Source: Sphingomonadales bacterium
GTDB taxonomy: Bacteria > Pseudomonadota > Alphaproteobacteria > Sphingomonadales > Sphingomonadaceae
DNA: 49,599 nucleotides
Reading direction: 5' to 3'
Assembly (NCBI GenBank): GCA_038238995.1
Contig: JBBSFF010000001.1
Span: forward strand, 1 to 49,599
Shown in pieces: positions 27,520 through 36,253 of this stretch (position 1 is its first letter; each line of letters opens with the position of its first letter). Made by a program: the position numbers and the translations under genes. The notes beneath the pieces are model-generated. The model did not search any database and was not told where the DNA came from. It worked only from the letters and a program-made list of their open reading frames with translations.

Positions 27520-28157
27520 AGGAACCAGACGCCTGCAAGCATCACCAGCCCGCCCAAGCTCCTGGTGATGACCGCGCCGCCGGGACGGTCGTTGATCAGG
27601 CCGAGGCCGACGCCGACGACGTGAAGCATGCCCGTCGCCAGCACGAACCCCGCGCTATAGCCGACCGGATCGGCCGCAGAGGGCAATTCCTTGCCGTGCG
27701 CGTAGCCGTGGAAGATCGCGAACACCGCGACGATCAGCGACGCAAGCCAGACCGGCGCGCGAACCGCTCCGGCGATCATGCCGCCGAGGACGAGGACAGA
27801 CACCGCGATGCCGATCTCGACCGGTGGCATCGGCAGTCCGGCGATACCCAGTACGCCGCCGATCGCCATGACGGTCGGGAAGATCACCGGCAGGGCAACG
27901 ATCAGCGGTCGGCCAAGGAAGGCGCCCCACAGCCCGACCGACACCATCGCCAGCAAATGATCGAACCCGCTCAATGGGTGGAGAAAGCCCGATCCGAAGC
28001 CCCCAGCGAGACCCGTCCCACTGTGCGCGGCGGCGGGCGCAGCGATCGACACGATGCACGCGGCTGCGATGCAACGATGCGTCCACCCGAGGTGTTGACC
28101 GTAACTTGACGTGGCGGCATCGAAGCGGTCGGCCTTATCGGGATCACCCGCCAACAT
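27501..28157 (-). CDS. HupE/UreJ family Ni/Co transporter
   Basis: AAAH.G, GFLHPLSGFDHLLAMVSVGLW, FHGYAHG.E; start uncertain (nearest upstream in-frame ATG is 28157). Confidence 0.9.
   Translation of the reverse strand: MLAGDPDKADRFDAATSSYGQHLGWTHRCIAAACIVSIAAPAAAHSGTGLAGGFGSGFLHPLSGFDHLLAMVSVGLWGAFLGRPLIVALPVIFPTVMAIGGVLGIAGLPMPPVEIGIAVSVLVLGGMIAGAVRAPVWLASLIVAVFAIFHGYAHGKELPSAADPVGYSAGFVLATGMLHVVGVGLGLINDRPGGAVITRSLGGLVMLAGVWFLWAALR
28101..28124 (+). promoter_or_regulatory. Possible SigF/ECF16-type promoter of the DUF4198 gene
   Basis: GTAACT-N14-CGAA 31 bp before the ATG; spacer 2 nt shorter than at the sigF promoter. Confidence 0.4.
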
Positions 28158-28992
28158 GCGCAAACTTGCTCTCCTTATCGTCGCCAGCGCTTCGGCCGCG
28201 ACCGTCGCCGCGCATGATTTCTGGGTACAGCCGCAATCGTTCGCCGCCGCGGTCGATTCGCCGGTCCCGGTGACGATCGAGGTTGGCCACGGCACGCTTC
28301 GGCAGCGCTGGTCGGCGGCGCTTGACCGGATCGCCAAATTTGCCGCGGTCGGTCCGACGGGCTTGGTCGACCGACGCGCCGATCTGAAGCCGCCGACGGG
28401 TGGCGCGAGCGATGCCGAAATGCGCTTCGCCCAGCCCGCGACGTACATCATCGTGCTCGAAACAAATCGCGCCGAGAGCAATCTGCCAGCGCTGCGCTTC
28501 AACGACTATATCGCTGCCGAGGGAATTGCGCCGGCGATCGCCTTGCGGGCGCAGGCGGGAACGACAGATACCCCGGGGCGTGAACTCTATAGCCGACGGG
28601 CGAAGGCGCTGGTGCGGATCGGCGCGTCGCCCGAGCCGCAGCCGCAGGTAACCCGACCGGTCGGCATGACGCTCGAGATCGTGCCAAATCGCGATCCATA
28701 CGCGATGGGCGTGGATCAGTCGCTGCCGGTAACGGTCCTGTACAATGGTCATCCGCTCGCCGGTGCGTTCGTCAAGCTCAACAACCTCGATTTCGATGCG
28801 CGTCCGGTCGAAACCCATAAAACCGATGCCCGCGGGCAGGCGACCTTCACGATCCCTTTCCGCGGGCTCTGGCAGATGAACGTCGTCTGGACCAAGTCGT
28901 TAATCGGGAACCCGAAGGCGGACTTCGATACCGTATTTTCAAGCTTGACGTTCGGTTATTCGCGCCCGGGCACAACCCCCGTACGCGGATAA
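28156..28992 (+). CDS. DUF4198 family periplasmic protein (NikM/metal-uptake associated)
   Basis: Signal peptide ending AA|HDFW; LEIVP..DPY, VLYNG.PL.G, TDARG.A motifs. Confidence 0.85.
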   Translation: MRKLALLIVASASAATVAAHDFWVQPQSFAAAVDSPVPVTIEVGHGTLRQRWSAALDRIAKFAAVGPTGLVDRRADLKPPTGGASDAEMRFAQPATYIIVLETNRAESNLPALRFNDYIAAEGIAPAIALRAQAGTTDTPGRELYSRRAKALVRIGASPEPQPQVTRPVGMTLEIVPNRDPYAMGVDQSLPVTVLYNGHPLAGAFVKLNNLDFDARPVETHKTDARGQATFTIPFRGLWQMNVVWTKSLIGNPKADFDTVFSSLTFGYSRPGTTPVRG

Positions 28993-28999
28993 CAGTGCG

Positions 29000-29245
29000 T
29001 CAGAGCGGAATCGGCTTCGTCGTCAAACTGAGCGGGGCCAGATCGGGACATGGTACCGGGTCCGTCGCCTTGGTATTAGGCGCGGCCCGGAAGCGCGTCC
29101 CGAAGCAGCCGCCGAACTGATCCTCGGTCTTCGTCACCGGAGTGACGACAGGGGGCGCGGCCGCTTGCCCATTGTTGTTGTTGCCGCACGCGGCCAACCC
29201 GGCGAGGATCGACAGCGTGAAGAACGAGCGCAAGTTCTTGTTCAT
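29000..29245 (-). CDS. Small lipoprotein
   Basis: Lipobox LAAC; GGGGG RBS directly after the DUF4331 stop. Confidence 0.85.
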   Translation of the reverse strand: MNKNLRSFFTLSILAGLAACGNNNNGQAAAPPVVTPVTKTEDQFGGCFGTRFRAAPNTKATDPVPCPDLAPLSLTTKPIPL

Positions 29246-29257
29246 CGTCTGCCCCCC

Positions 29258-30865
29258 TTACGGCTGCGTCTGCGGACGCGGCGAGCCGCGGAGCGGAGGG
29301 TTCAAGTAAGGGAAAGTGTTCAAGATGTTCGTCGCGCTGCTCGGCGCACCATCGGTGTACGCCGCCATACCGGTCGACGCGTCGGCGGGGGCACACAGGC
29401 CAAGATTGGTCTGTACGCCGGCAACCGGTATTGGATAGCATAGCCGCCCCATCGCGACTCGCAGGACAATGTCGACCGTATCGTCACCCGGACGACGTCC
29501 ATTCGGGAAGCCGGCGAGATCGTTGCCGACAACCCCGAAGGTGCTCTGAGTTGCCTGCGGGGTGGGGGCGACCGCAGTGTTGAGCCGCAACATCTCCGAC
29601 GCGACAGGCGCGGTCGCCCCCGCCGGTGCCTTCAGTTGGTTGACACCGGTGAAACCAGTGAGAAACGTTGCGACAAGGTCGTTGCGCGGGAAGTTGGTCG
29701 GGGCGATCGACCCCGACCCACCGATGACACCGCGAACTGGCGTGCGGAACAGCGCATCGAGTATCGCCGGGAACGTCGGGTTGGTGACATAATCGATCAG
29801 CGCAGCGTCGCCCTTCGGCTCGGCGGCGTTAAACAGGTCCTTGTCCTTGATGCCGATGACAAGCTCGTTGACGAGCGGCATACCGAGGCGCGAGACCTGT
29901 ACATATGCGCCACCCTGCAGCGTCGCCTGGTTGAACGACGGCGTGGTCCGCAGCAGGCGCGCCTGTGGCAAGCTGGCGGTCGACCAGACACCGATGACAC
30001 CGTTGCCGGTTCCGACGAGGCACGCCTTCGGAATTTCCATGGCGATGGTCGTGACGTTTTTCTTGCCGATCAGCTCCTGGTTAGCCTGGTCCTGGACGAT
30101 ACCGCCGGGGAAAGCGGTGCCGTTGCCGTAGATCGGATTCAAATCGCCCTCGACAGGAACGAAATTGACGAGGTCGAACACCGGACCGAGGTTGACAGCG
30201 AAATATTCGGCGCGGCTACCGACAAAAACCTTCGCCGGGGTCGCGCAACCGGGGATCGTTGCCCCATAAATAAATGTGTTGGCGTACGCCGCATAGCCGC
30301 CCGGGAAGGTTTTGTTCCCGACATTTTCCAACGGCTTATAGAAGGTAGTCGTGCCAACCGGCGTCACCGTGGCGCGGGTGCCGAGGCGACGGTCGCCGGT
30401 GATTTGGGTAACCGTGTATGTCTCGTTCTCGCCGAGGTTGGGATCGGCTGCGCGAGCGACTGGGCCGATCGCACGCAGCGGGATCGACAGGTTCTTCCCG
30501 CCGACATTAAGCTGGATGCCGACATCAGCGGTCAAGGCGTTCGTGAACTTAAACTGATAAGTCAGGTTCTCGACCGCGTCGCCGTCATTGTCGACGTGAA
30601 TTTCGTAAATCGCGTCGGGGTCCATCGTGTAATAGTTCGGACCGCTGCCAGGATCTTCGGCGGGCTGGAAATTGGCCATCAGGGTAACGAAATCTTGACG
30701 ACCCGGCTCGTAGCTCGTGAAAGCGTACGTATCGGTATTGTCGACCTTTGGCATCTTAGTGATGTTAGGAGCCTCGCGGTGGCTCGACGCCATTGCGGGG
30801 GACGTCCCGATAGCCATCAGCGCCGCGCACGCCGTTCCGGTAATCAGCCGATTTCGAATCGTCAC
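29258..30865 (-). CDS. DUF4331 family exported protein
   Basis: Signal peptide then ASSHREAP; D.TDTYAF, QVSRLGMPLVNE, GFPNGRRPGDDTVDI, FPYL. Confidence 0.9.
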   Translation of the reverse strand: MTIRNRLITGTACAALMAIGTSPAMASSHREAPNITKMPKVDNTDTYAFTSYEPGRQDFVTLMANFQPAEDPGSGPNYYTMDPDAIYEIHVDNDGDAVENLTYQFKFTNALTADVGIQLNVGGKNLSIPLRAIGPVARAADPNLGENETYTVTQITGDRRLGTRATVTPVGTTTFYKPLENVGNKTFPGGYAAYANTFIYGATIPGCATPAKVFVGSRAEYFAVNLGPVFDLVNFVPVEGDLNPIYGNGTAFPGGIVQDQANQELIGKKNVTTIAMEIPKACLVGTGNGVIGVWSTASLPQARLLRTTPSFNQATLQGGAYVQVSRLGMPLVNELVIGIKDKDLFNAAEPKGDAALIDYVTNPTFPAILDALFRTPVRGVIGGSGSIAPTNFPRNDLVATFLTGFTGVNQLKAPAGATAPVASEMLRLNTAVAPTPQATQSTFGVVGNDLAGFPNGRRPGDDTVDIVLRVAMGRLCYPIPVAGVQTNLGLCAPADASTGMAAYTDGAPSSATNILNTFPYLNPPLRGSPRPQTQP

Positions 30866-30913
30866 GCGTCGTTCTCCCTGTGGCCACCGCGGTCAACGCC
30901 GCGTGCAAGTTAA

Positions 30914-30939
30914 TTACGCGTTCAGCTATAAATGGATGC
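30914..30939 (-). promoter_or_regulatory. Possible ECF-type promoter of the DUF4331 gene
   Basis: GCATCC-N15-CGTAA in an AT-rich spacer about 50 bp before the GTG. Confidence 0.35.
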
Positions 30940-31003
30940 GTAGGAGAAAAAAATAATCGCAGTGGATCCAATACTTTTGGCGGAATATGTTCGTGATATA
31001 GTC

Positions 31004-31618
31004 TTACGATAGTAATTGCGACCATCGCCACGTGCCGGAGCCAATCGCAACCGCAACGGGATTTCCGCCGTTTGCGACGATCAACAGTCGCGGCCCTACC
31101 ATTGGCGAATTGCGGCAGGCGGCGCTCGCGGCTTGAATGTGTTCCATGACGATGCGGCGGATCGATCGTTCGGCGGGTGACGCGTCGGGTCCCCACCTGC
31201 CGTCCCAGACCATCACCGCCGTGGCATTGGGCTGAGCGGCGAACGCCGCCGCAACGTCATGGTCTCGCGCGAGCGCCGCGGTGATCGTGTCGATCAGTGG
31301 GCAATCGTCGATCGGGACACCATCGGCGACCTCGATCACCGGCATCGCGACATCAGCTGGGATGGTCGACATCGCGGGCGGGGTCAGATCGAGGAGAGGC
31401 ACCGAAGGAACCGCTATTTCACGAACTGCGATCGTCGCGGCTTGCCCAACGGGAGCGGCGCGGCGGCCGCCGGACAGGACCTCCAGTCCAGCGACATGGA
31501 GCAGCACAACAATGCCGACTACGGCCGCGTGCCGAAGGTCGCTCGAACGATGTCTCGAAAGAGAAGTCACAACGATCATTGCCCGAGAGAAACGAGCCGA
31601 CCGCGCGACCGGTTTCAC
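31004..31618 (-). CDS. Hypothetical single-TM periplasm-facing protein with 2 Cys
   Basis: ORF 22 bp after nrsF; TM AVVGIVVLLHVAGL, Pro-rich linker; start uncertain. Confidence 0.65.
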   Translation of the reverse strand: MKPVARSARFSRAMIVVTSLSRHRSSDLRHAAVVGIVVLLHVAGLEVLSGGRRAAPVGQAATIAVREIAVPSVPLLDLTPPAMSTIPADVAMPVIEVADGVPIDDCPLIDTITAALARDHDVAAAFAAQPNATAVMVWDGRWGPDASPAERSIRRIVMEHIQAASAACRNSPMVGPRLLIVANGGNPVAVAIGSGTWRWSQLLS

Positions 31619-31640
31619 CCTCCCGCGATAAAGCCAGCGA

Positions 31641-32291
31641 TCACCAGCGCGTCAGGCGCGGCAGAACCAGGCGTGCGAGCCATGCGACGATGGCGATCGA
31701 AACCGCGAACCACAGCGCAACATAGAGCGGATCGTCGTGCGGGCACGCGAGGACAAATACCGCGCCGCCCCACGCCGCTGCGGTCAGCCCGACCGCCGCC
31801 GCCGTCCCGCCGGGATCGGTCGGTGCGCCGCGACGCATCAGCAGCCCGAGCGCGAGCAGCGCGGGGATGCTGAGGAGGACGACCGCACGGACGCAGGCGA
31901 GCCCCTCGCGCCAGTCGAGCCGCGCGATCAGCGGCCCGACCCCGGCGCTCGCCGCGTCGATCGCCCAGCCGGCGGCGATCGCCACCGCAGCGGCGACCGC
32001 AAAGCCGCGCAGGCCGCGCCGGGGCGACCGCGTCGGGTCCAGCGCGCCGAGCGCGGTCGCGCCGCCGATCACCGCGAGCACGCCGAGGCTCGCCGCCTTC
32101 CACCAGAACGCCATCAGACCCATCGCTTCGGGCATGTCGGGGCGCATCCCGCTAACCCAGATGTAGATCGCGATCTCGACGATGCCGAGCCCGATGAGGA
32201 TCGCCGCGTCGCGCAGCGGCAGGCGCCGTCGGACCGGCTTCAGCCCGTGCGCGAGCCGCTCGATCAGCCGGTCATGCGGTTCACTCGCCAT
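31641..32291 (-). CDS. nrsF: NrsF/DUF1109 family membrane anti-sigma factor
   Basis: LIERLA..LKPV, MRPD, FWWK, Cys motifs LAC and LACPHDD....WF; overlaps the sigma gene. Confidence 0.88.
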   Translation of the reverse strand: MASEPHDRLIERLAHGLKPVRRRLPLRDAAILIGLGIVEIAIYIWVSGMRPDMPEAMGLMAFWWKAASLGVLAVIGGATALGALDPTRSPRRGLRGFAVAAAVAIAAGWAIDAASAGVGPLIARLDWREGLACVRAVVLLSIPALLALGLLMRRGAPTDPGGTAAAVGLTAAAWGGAVFVLACPHDDPLYVALWFAVSIAIVAWLARLVLPRLTRW

Positions 32292-32850
32292 CGTCGCGTC
32301 CTTCGATCGGTTCGGCGGCGAGGCGCTTGGCGAGGCGCGCGAGGCCACGGTGGATATTGACTTTGACGAGGCTTGCCGACTGGCCGGTCCGCGCCGCCGT
32401 TTCCTCGATGCTCAGGCCCGATAGCTTGACGAGGCGGATGACCTCGGCCTGCGCCGGTTTAAGCTCGCCGAGCAGCGCGGTCAGGACCGTCGCGCTCGTC
32501 ACCGCCGCTTCGTGGTCGCCGACCGACAGGTCGTCGGGAAGTTCGTCGGCGGCGGTTCGCTTCATCGCGCGCAGCCGGTCGATCCACTTGTACCGCGCGA
32601 TCGCCGCGAGCCACGGGCCGAACGGGCGATCGGGATCGTAGGTGTGCCGCTTGGTGTGCAGCGCGATCATCGCCTCCTGCACCGCGTCGTCGACCGAGGG
32701 CGGCGGCAGGCGGCGCGCGTAATAACGCAGCAGCCACGGACGGACTTCGGCGAGCAGCCGCCGGTACGCGCCGCCGTTACCGGCCTGCGCCGCCAGCATG
32801 AGCGACCCCCATTCTTCCACACGCGACTCCCGCCGGACGAAACCGACCAT
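32281..32850 (-). CDS. sigF: ECF sigma factor, SigF/ECF16 group
   Basis: LMLAAQAG....YR.LL, DDAVQE, HTYDP.RPF.PWL..IARYK.ID, VKVNIHRGL; alternative start 32910. Confidence 0.9.
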   Translation of the reverse strand: MVGFVRRESRVEEWGSLMLAAQAGNGGAYRRLLAEVRPWLLRYYARRLPPPSVDDAVQEAMIALHTKRHTYDPDRPFGPWLAAIARYKWIDRLRAMKRTAADELPDDLSVGDHEAAVTSATVLTALLGELKPAQAEVIRLVKLSGLSIEETAARTGQSASLVKVNIHRGLARLAKRLAAEPIEGRDDGE

Positions 32851-32919
32851 AGTTGGCGCCAGACCGTACGCAAAGGCACGGGCCACGCCCGAGGCAGCAG
32901 GTGCGGGCATGTGCGCTTG

Positions 32920-32945
32920 TTCGTGTGGCGCGGGCCGATGGTTAC
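32920..32945 (-). promoter_or_regulatory. SigF autoregulatory promoter
   Basis: Exact GTAACC-N16-CGAA, the Caulobacter SigF consensus as I recall it. Confidence 0.8.
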
Positions 32946-32974
32946 AGCGGTGGCAAAGCGTGCGACGAAGCGGG

Positions 32975-33718
32975 GTGATCGCGCTGCCGCCCCCGTTGTT
33001 CGCCGTCGCCTTCGGCACCGTCGGCGCGGTCGTCGGCAGCTTCGTCGCGCTGGTTGCGGTGCGGCTCCCCGCCGGGCGGCCGATCGCGCTGGCCCGGTCG
33101 GCGTGCGCGGCGTGTGGCGCGATGCTCGGACCGATCGAGCTCGTCCCGCTCGTCAGCTTCGCGGTCCAACGCGGGCGGTGTCGCAGTTGTCGCGCGGCGA
33201 TAGCTTGGCGCGATCCGGCAACGGAAGCGGCGGGAGCGGCGATCGGGGTGGTCGCGGCGTTGGCGATCGCCGATCTGCGGATGGCGGGAGCAGTCGCGGC
33301 CCTCGGCTGGGCGCTCCTGCTGCTCGCGCGGCTCGACGCCGAGCATTTTTGGCTGCCGTCGGCGGTGACGCTGCCGCTCGTCGCCGCCGGGCTCGGCGTG
33401 ACATCGTGGCTCGCGCCCGGCGACCTTGTCGATCATGTGATCGGCGCGGTGGTGGGATATCTCAGCCTCACCGGAGTCGCGGCGGCGTACAAGGTGCTGC
33501 GTGGACGAGTGGGGCTCGGCGGCGGCGACGCCAAATTGTTCGCCGCGAGCGGCGCGTGGCTCGGCTGGGCGGCGCTGCCGGTCGTCCTGCTCGCGGCGGC
33601 GCTGTCGGGGATTGTCGTCGCGCTGCTGCTGTGGCGGCGCGGGATCACCGCGACAACCCGCCTGCCGTTCGGAGTTTTCCTCGCGGCGGCGACGTGGATC
33701 GTCGCGGTCGCGGGCTAA
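32975..33718 (+). CDS. gspO: Prepilin peptidase/N-methyltransferase
   Basis: VGSF, RSAC..C, RGRCRSC, LDAE..WLP, GLGGGDAKL, LPFG.FL; GTG start proposed. Confidence 0.93.
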   Translation: MIALPPPLFAVAFGTVGAVVGSFVALVAVRLPAGRPIALARSACAACGAMLGPIELVPLVSFAVQRGRCRSCRAAIAWRDPATEAAGAAIGVVAALAIADLRMAGAVAALGWALLLLARLDAEHFWLPSAVTLPLVAAGLGVTSWLAPGDLVDHVIGAVVGYLSLTGVAAAYKVLRGRVGLGGGDAKLFAASGAWLGWAALPVVLLAAALSGIVVALLLWRRGITATTRLPFGVFLAAATWIVAVAG

Positions 33719-33900
33719 GGCGATTGGCGCTGTCCTACATCCTGTCGGACCTGCCATAAGGGCTTTGAAGGGCGGAGCGCGATCGGGTTGTAGAAAAGGA
33801 AGCCGACTCGTTGAGCAGCAATATTACTGAGAGTTGGGAATTGGCGCAATAACAGGCATGCTCTTCGTGTGAAAGTTGCGAACTTAGCCTTACCAATTCG

Positions 33901-34704
33901 TTAATTCAGGCCTTCTCCGATCGAACGCGCGATCGTCGCGACGACCGGTGTCCGGCCACCCCGCCGCTCGAGCAGGCTGGTCAGCGTCTGCGTCGTTCCG
34001 CCCATCGTCACCGTCGTCGTCACCACATAATGGTCCGAAGTGTACCCCGCTCCCGCCGCCAGCCGCAGCCCGGTCGCAGCGAAGTCGGCGGGGGTCAGCA
34101 GTCCGGCGCGGTCGCGGCGATCGCCGAGGATCCGACCCCCGACGGGGTCGCCGACCAGCACCGCGAGAAGTTCTGGAGCAGCGACGTTGACGTTGACGTC
34201 GGCGCGTCCCGGCAACGCGGTAACGAGCGAGCGCAGCTTGGCGATCGTTTCGGGGTCGATCTCGGCGCGGCTCAGCTGCGCGAGGTCGGAGACCCGGCCG
34301 CGCTCGGCGATCGACTTGGCGATCCGGCTGGCGATATCGGGGTCGAGCCGCAGCGCTGTCGTGATCGCTGCGAGCACCGGCTCGCCCGCCCCGGCCGCGT
34401 CGTTGACATTGAACCGCCCCTGCGCGTCGGCAATCGTCAGGGTGAAGGTGCCGCCTTCGATCGGCGTTTGCGCCTGCGCGACCTTCGCCCACGCTTCGGT
34501 GCGGTTGTCGGTACCGGGCGCGGCGATCATGTCGCGGCGGAGCGCGGCGATCGCCGACAACTCACCACCGCGCGCGACGCTCAGAGCCTGGGCCGCCTCG
34601 CGCAGCCGGATCGCGCGGTCGAGCGCGGGGTCCTGGGTGCCGAGCATCAGCATCACCGCCGCGACCGCGACCGCGACCATCGCGAGGACGTTGAGCAGGA
34701 TCAC
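33901..34704 (-). CDS. gspK: T2SS minor pseudopilin K
   Basis: Hydrophobic N-terminus, D...EAW, I.DAQGRFNVN, VNVN.A..ELL; GTG overlaps the gspJ stop. Confidence 0.85.
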   Translation of the reverse strand: MILLNVLAMVAVAVAAVMLMLGTQDPALDRAIRLREAAQALSVARGGELSAIAALRRDMIAAPGTDNRTEAWAKVAQAQTPIEGGTFTLTIADAQGRFNVNDAAGAGEPVLAAITTALRLDPDIASRIAKSIAERGRVSDLAQLSRAEIDPETIAKLRSLVTALPGRADVNVNVAAPELLAVLVGDPVGGRILGDRRDRAGLLTPADFAATGLRLAAGAGYTSDHYVVTTTVTMGGTTQTLTSLLERRGGRTPVVATIARSIGEGLN

Positions 34705-35252
34705 GGCGCTACAACCGCGCCAGGAGCAAGCGGGCGTACCGGCAGATCGATCACTCGGCGCAGCGTGCCGCCGAGCCCCGGCCCGGCGACATCGACGTCG
34801 ACCGCGACAGCCACCGGCCAGCCGCGCGCCTGGACCGTCGTCGTCGGCCAGCGGTCCTGCCACCCGCCGGGGACCGCGTAATAGCGCCAGCGCACGCCGG
34901 CGACATGGTCGAGGACGACTTGTGTCCGCCCGTTGGCGATCCGCTCGAAGACCACCCCATCGAGACGGTAGGTAACGCCGATCGTGCTGCCCCCCCCGGC
35001 GTGGCGGTCGAAGCCGATGCCGACCGCGCCGCCGACGAGCGGCGCGTCGGCCAGTTCGGTCAGGTCACGACCGATAATGACCATCGCGCGCTGCAGGTCG
35101 CCGAGCCGGTCGAGGCGGCCGGCGGTCCGCTGCCGCGCATCAAGGACGGTGTTGACCAGCGCCACGCCGGCGAGGGCGATGATCGCAAACAGCGCGAGCG
35201 CGACAACGACCTCGATCAGGGTGAAGCCCGCGTCGCGATCGGTCGACCTCAC
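34701..35252 (-). CDS. gspJ: T2SS minor pseudopilin J
   Basis: AG|FTLIEVVVALALFA, LQRAM....RDL, W...WP, P.AV. Confidence 0.9.
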   Translation of the reverse strand: MRSTDRDAGFTLIEVVVALALFAIIALAGVALVNTVLDARQRTAGRLDRLGDLQRAMVIIGRDLTELADAPLVGGAVGIGFDRHAGGGSTIGVTYRLDGVVFERIANGRTQVVLDHVAGVRWRYYAVPGGWQDRWPTTTVQARGWPVAVAVDVDVAGPGLGGTLRRVIDLPVRPLAPGAVVAP

Positions 35253-36253
35253 GTCTGGCTGTGCGCGACCGTGCGGAACTCGCCGCCCTCGGCGACGAGG
35301 ATCGCCAGCTCGCGGGTCGCACTGCCGTCGGCGCGAAAGCGGACCGCGCCGGTGACGCCGGGGAAACCCGCCGATCCGGTCAGCCCGTCGCGGTCGAGGT
35401 GGCCATTCGCGCGCAGCGTCCGGGCGATGCCGACCGCGTCATAGGCGAGGCCCGCGATCAGCCCCGGTGGGTTGCCGTACGCGGTCTCGAACCGGCGGGC
35501 GAAATCGGCAAAGCCGTCGGGGTCGGGGGCGGCAAGCCAGGCGCCGTCGATCGCCGCGAGTCCCGCCCCCGATAGTGCCAACGCCTGATACGTGCCGAGA
35601 AGCTGGACCTCGCTGCCCTGCAGCCCGTGCGCAGTCACCGCGAGCGCATCGGCGTCGCCGGTGACGAGCACCGCGTCGGGCGTCGCGCCCGGGGCAAAAT
35701 CGGTCAAGGTCAGGCCCAGATTGCCCGCGTGCACCCGCGCCGCCGTGGCCGCGAGACTGTCCCACCGGGTCGCGCCCGTCGCCAGCGCGACGCGCCGGAC
35801 CCCGCGCGAGCGCGCGTAGCCGAGGATCGCGCCGACGGTCTGCGCGGGCGTAATGCCGATGGCGAAACTCGCCGTCCCGGCGGCGTCGTTCGACAGCGCG
35901 ACGACCGGCACGCCCTTCGCCGCCGCGACGACCGGCGCGACCTGCGCGGCGAACATCGGCCCGACGATCAGCGGGGCGCCGCGCCGGACCGCCTGCGCCG
36001 CCGCCGCCGCTGCGCCGTCGGGAGTGCCCCCGGTATCGAGGATCATCAGCGTGGTCTTCGTCGCGTCGGGCGGTTGCGCCAGGGCGGCGGCATGCTGCAT
36101 GCTGCGCGCGAGGTCGGCGGTCGAGCCGGTCAGCGGGAGTAGCAGCGCGGCGAGCGGGCGATCGTCGCCCTTCACCTTCGCCGGAACCGGGGGACACGCC
36201 GATGCCAGCGTCGCGAGCCATGCCGATCGCAGCAGATGTCGACGCGCGATCAT
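35249..36253 (-). CDS. LppC/LpoA-like (penicillin-binding protein activator family, PBP1 fold) putative Tat lipoprotein
   Basis: ALLLPLTG, DTGGT, IVGP, LAYDAV, GFPGVTG..RF..DG...R.LAI; RRHLL and LASAC in the signal region. Confidence 0.8.
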   Translation of the reverse strand: MIARRHLLRSAWLATLASACPPVPAKVKGDDRPLAALLLPLTGSTADLARSMQHAAALAQPPDATKTTLMILDTGGTPDGAAAAAAQAVRRGAPLIVGPMFAAQVAPVVAAAKGVPVVALSNDAAGTASFAIGITPAQTVGAILGYARSRGVRRVALATGATRWDSLAATAARVHAGNLGLTLTDFAPGATPDAVLVTGDADALAVTAHGLQGSEVQLLGTYQALALSGAGLAAIDGAWLAAPDPDGFADFARRFETAYGNPPGLIAGLAYDAVGIARTLRANGHLDRDGLTGSAGFPGVTGAVRFRADGSATRELAILVAEGGEFRTVAHSQT

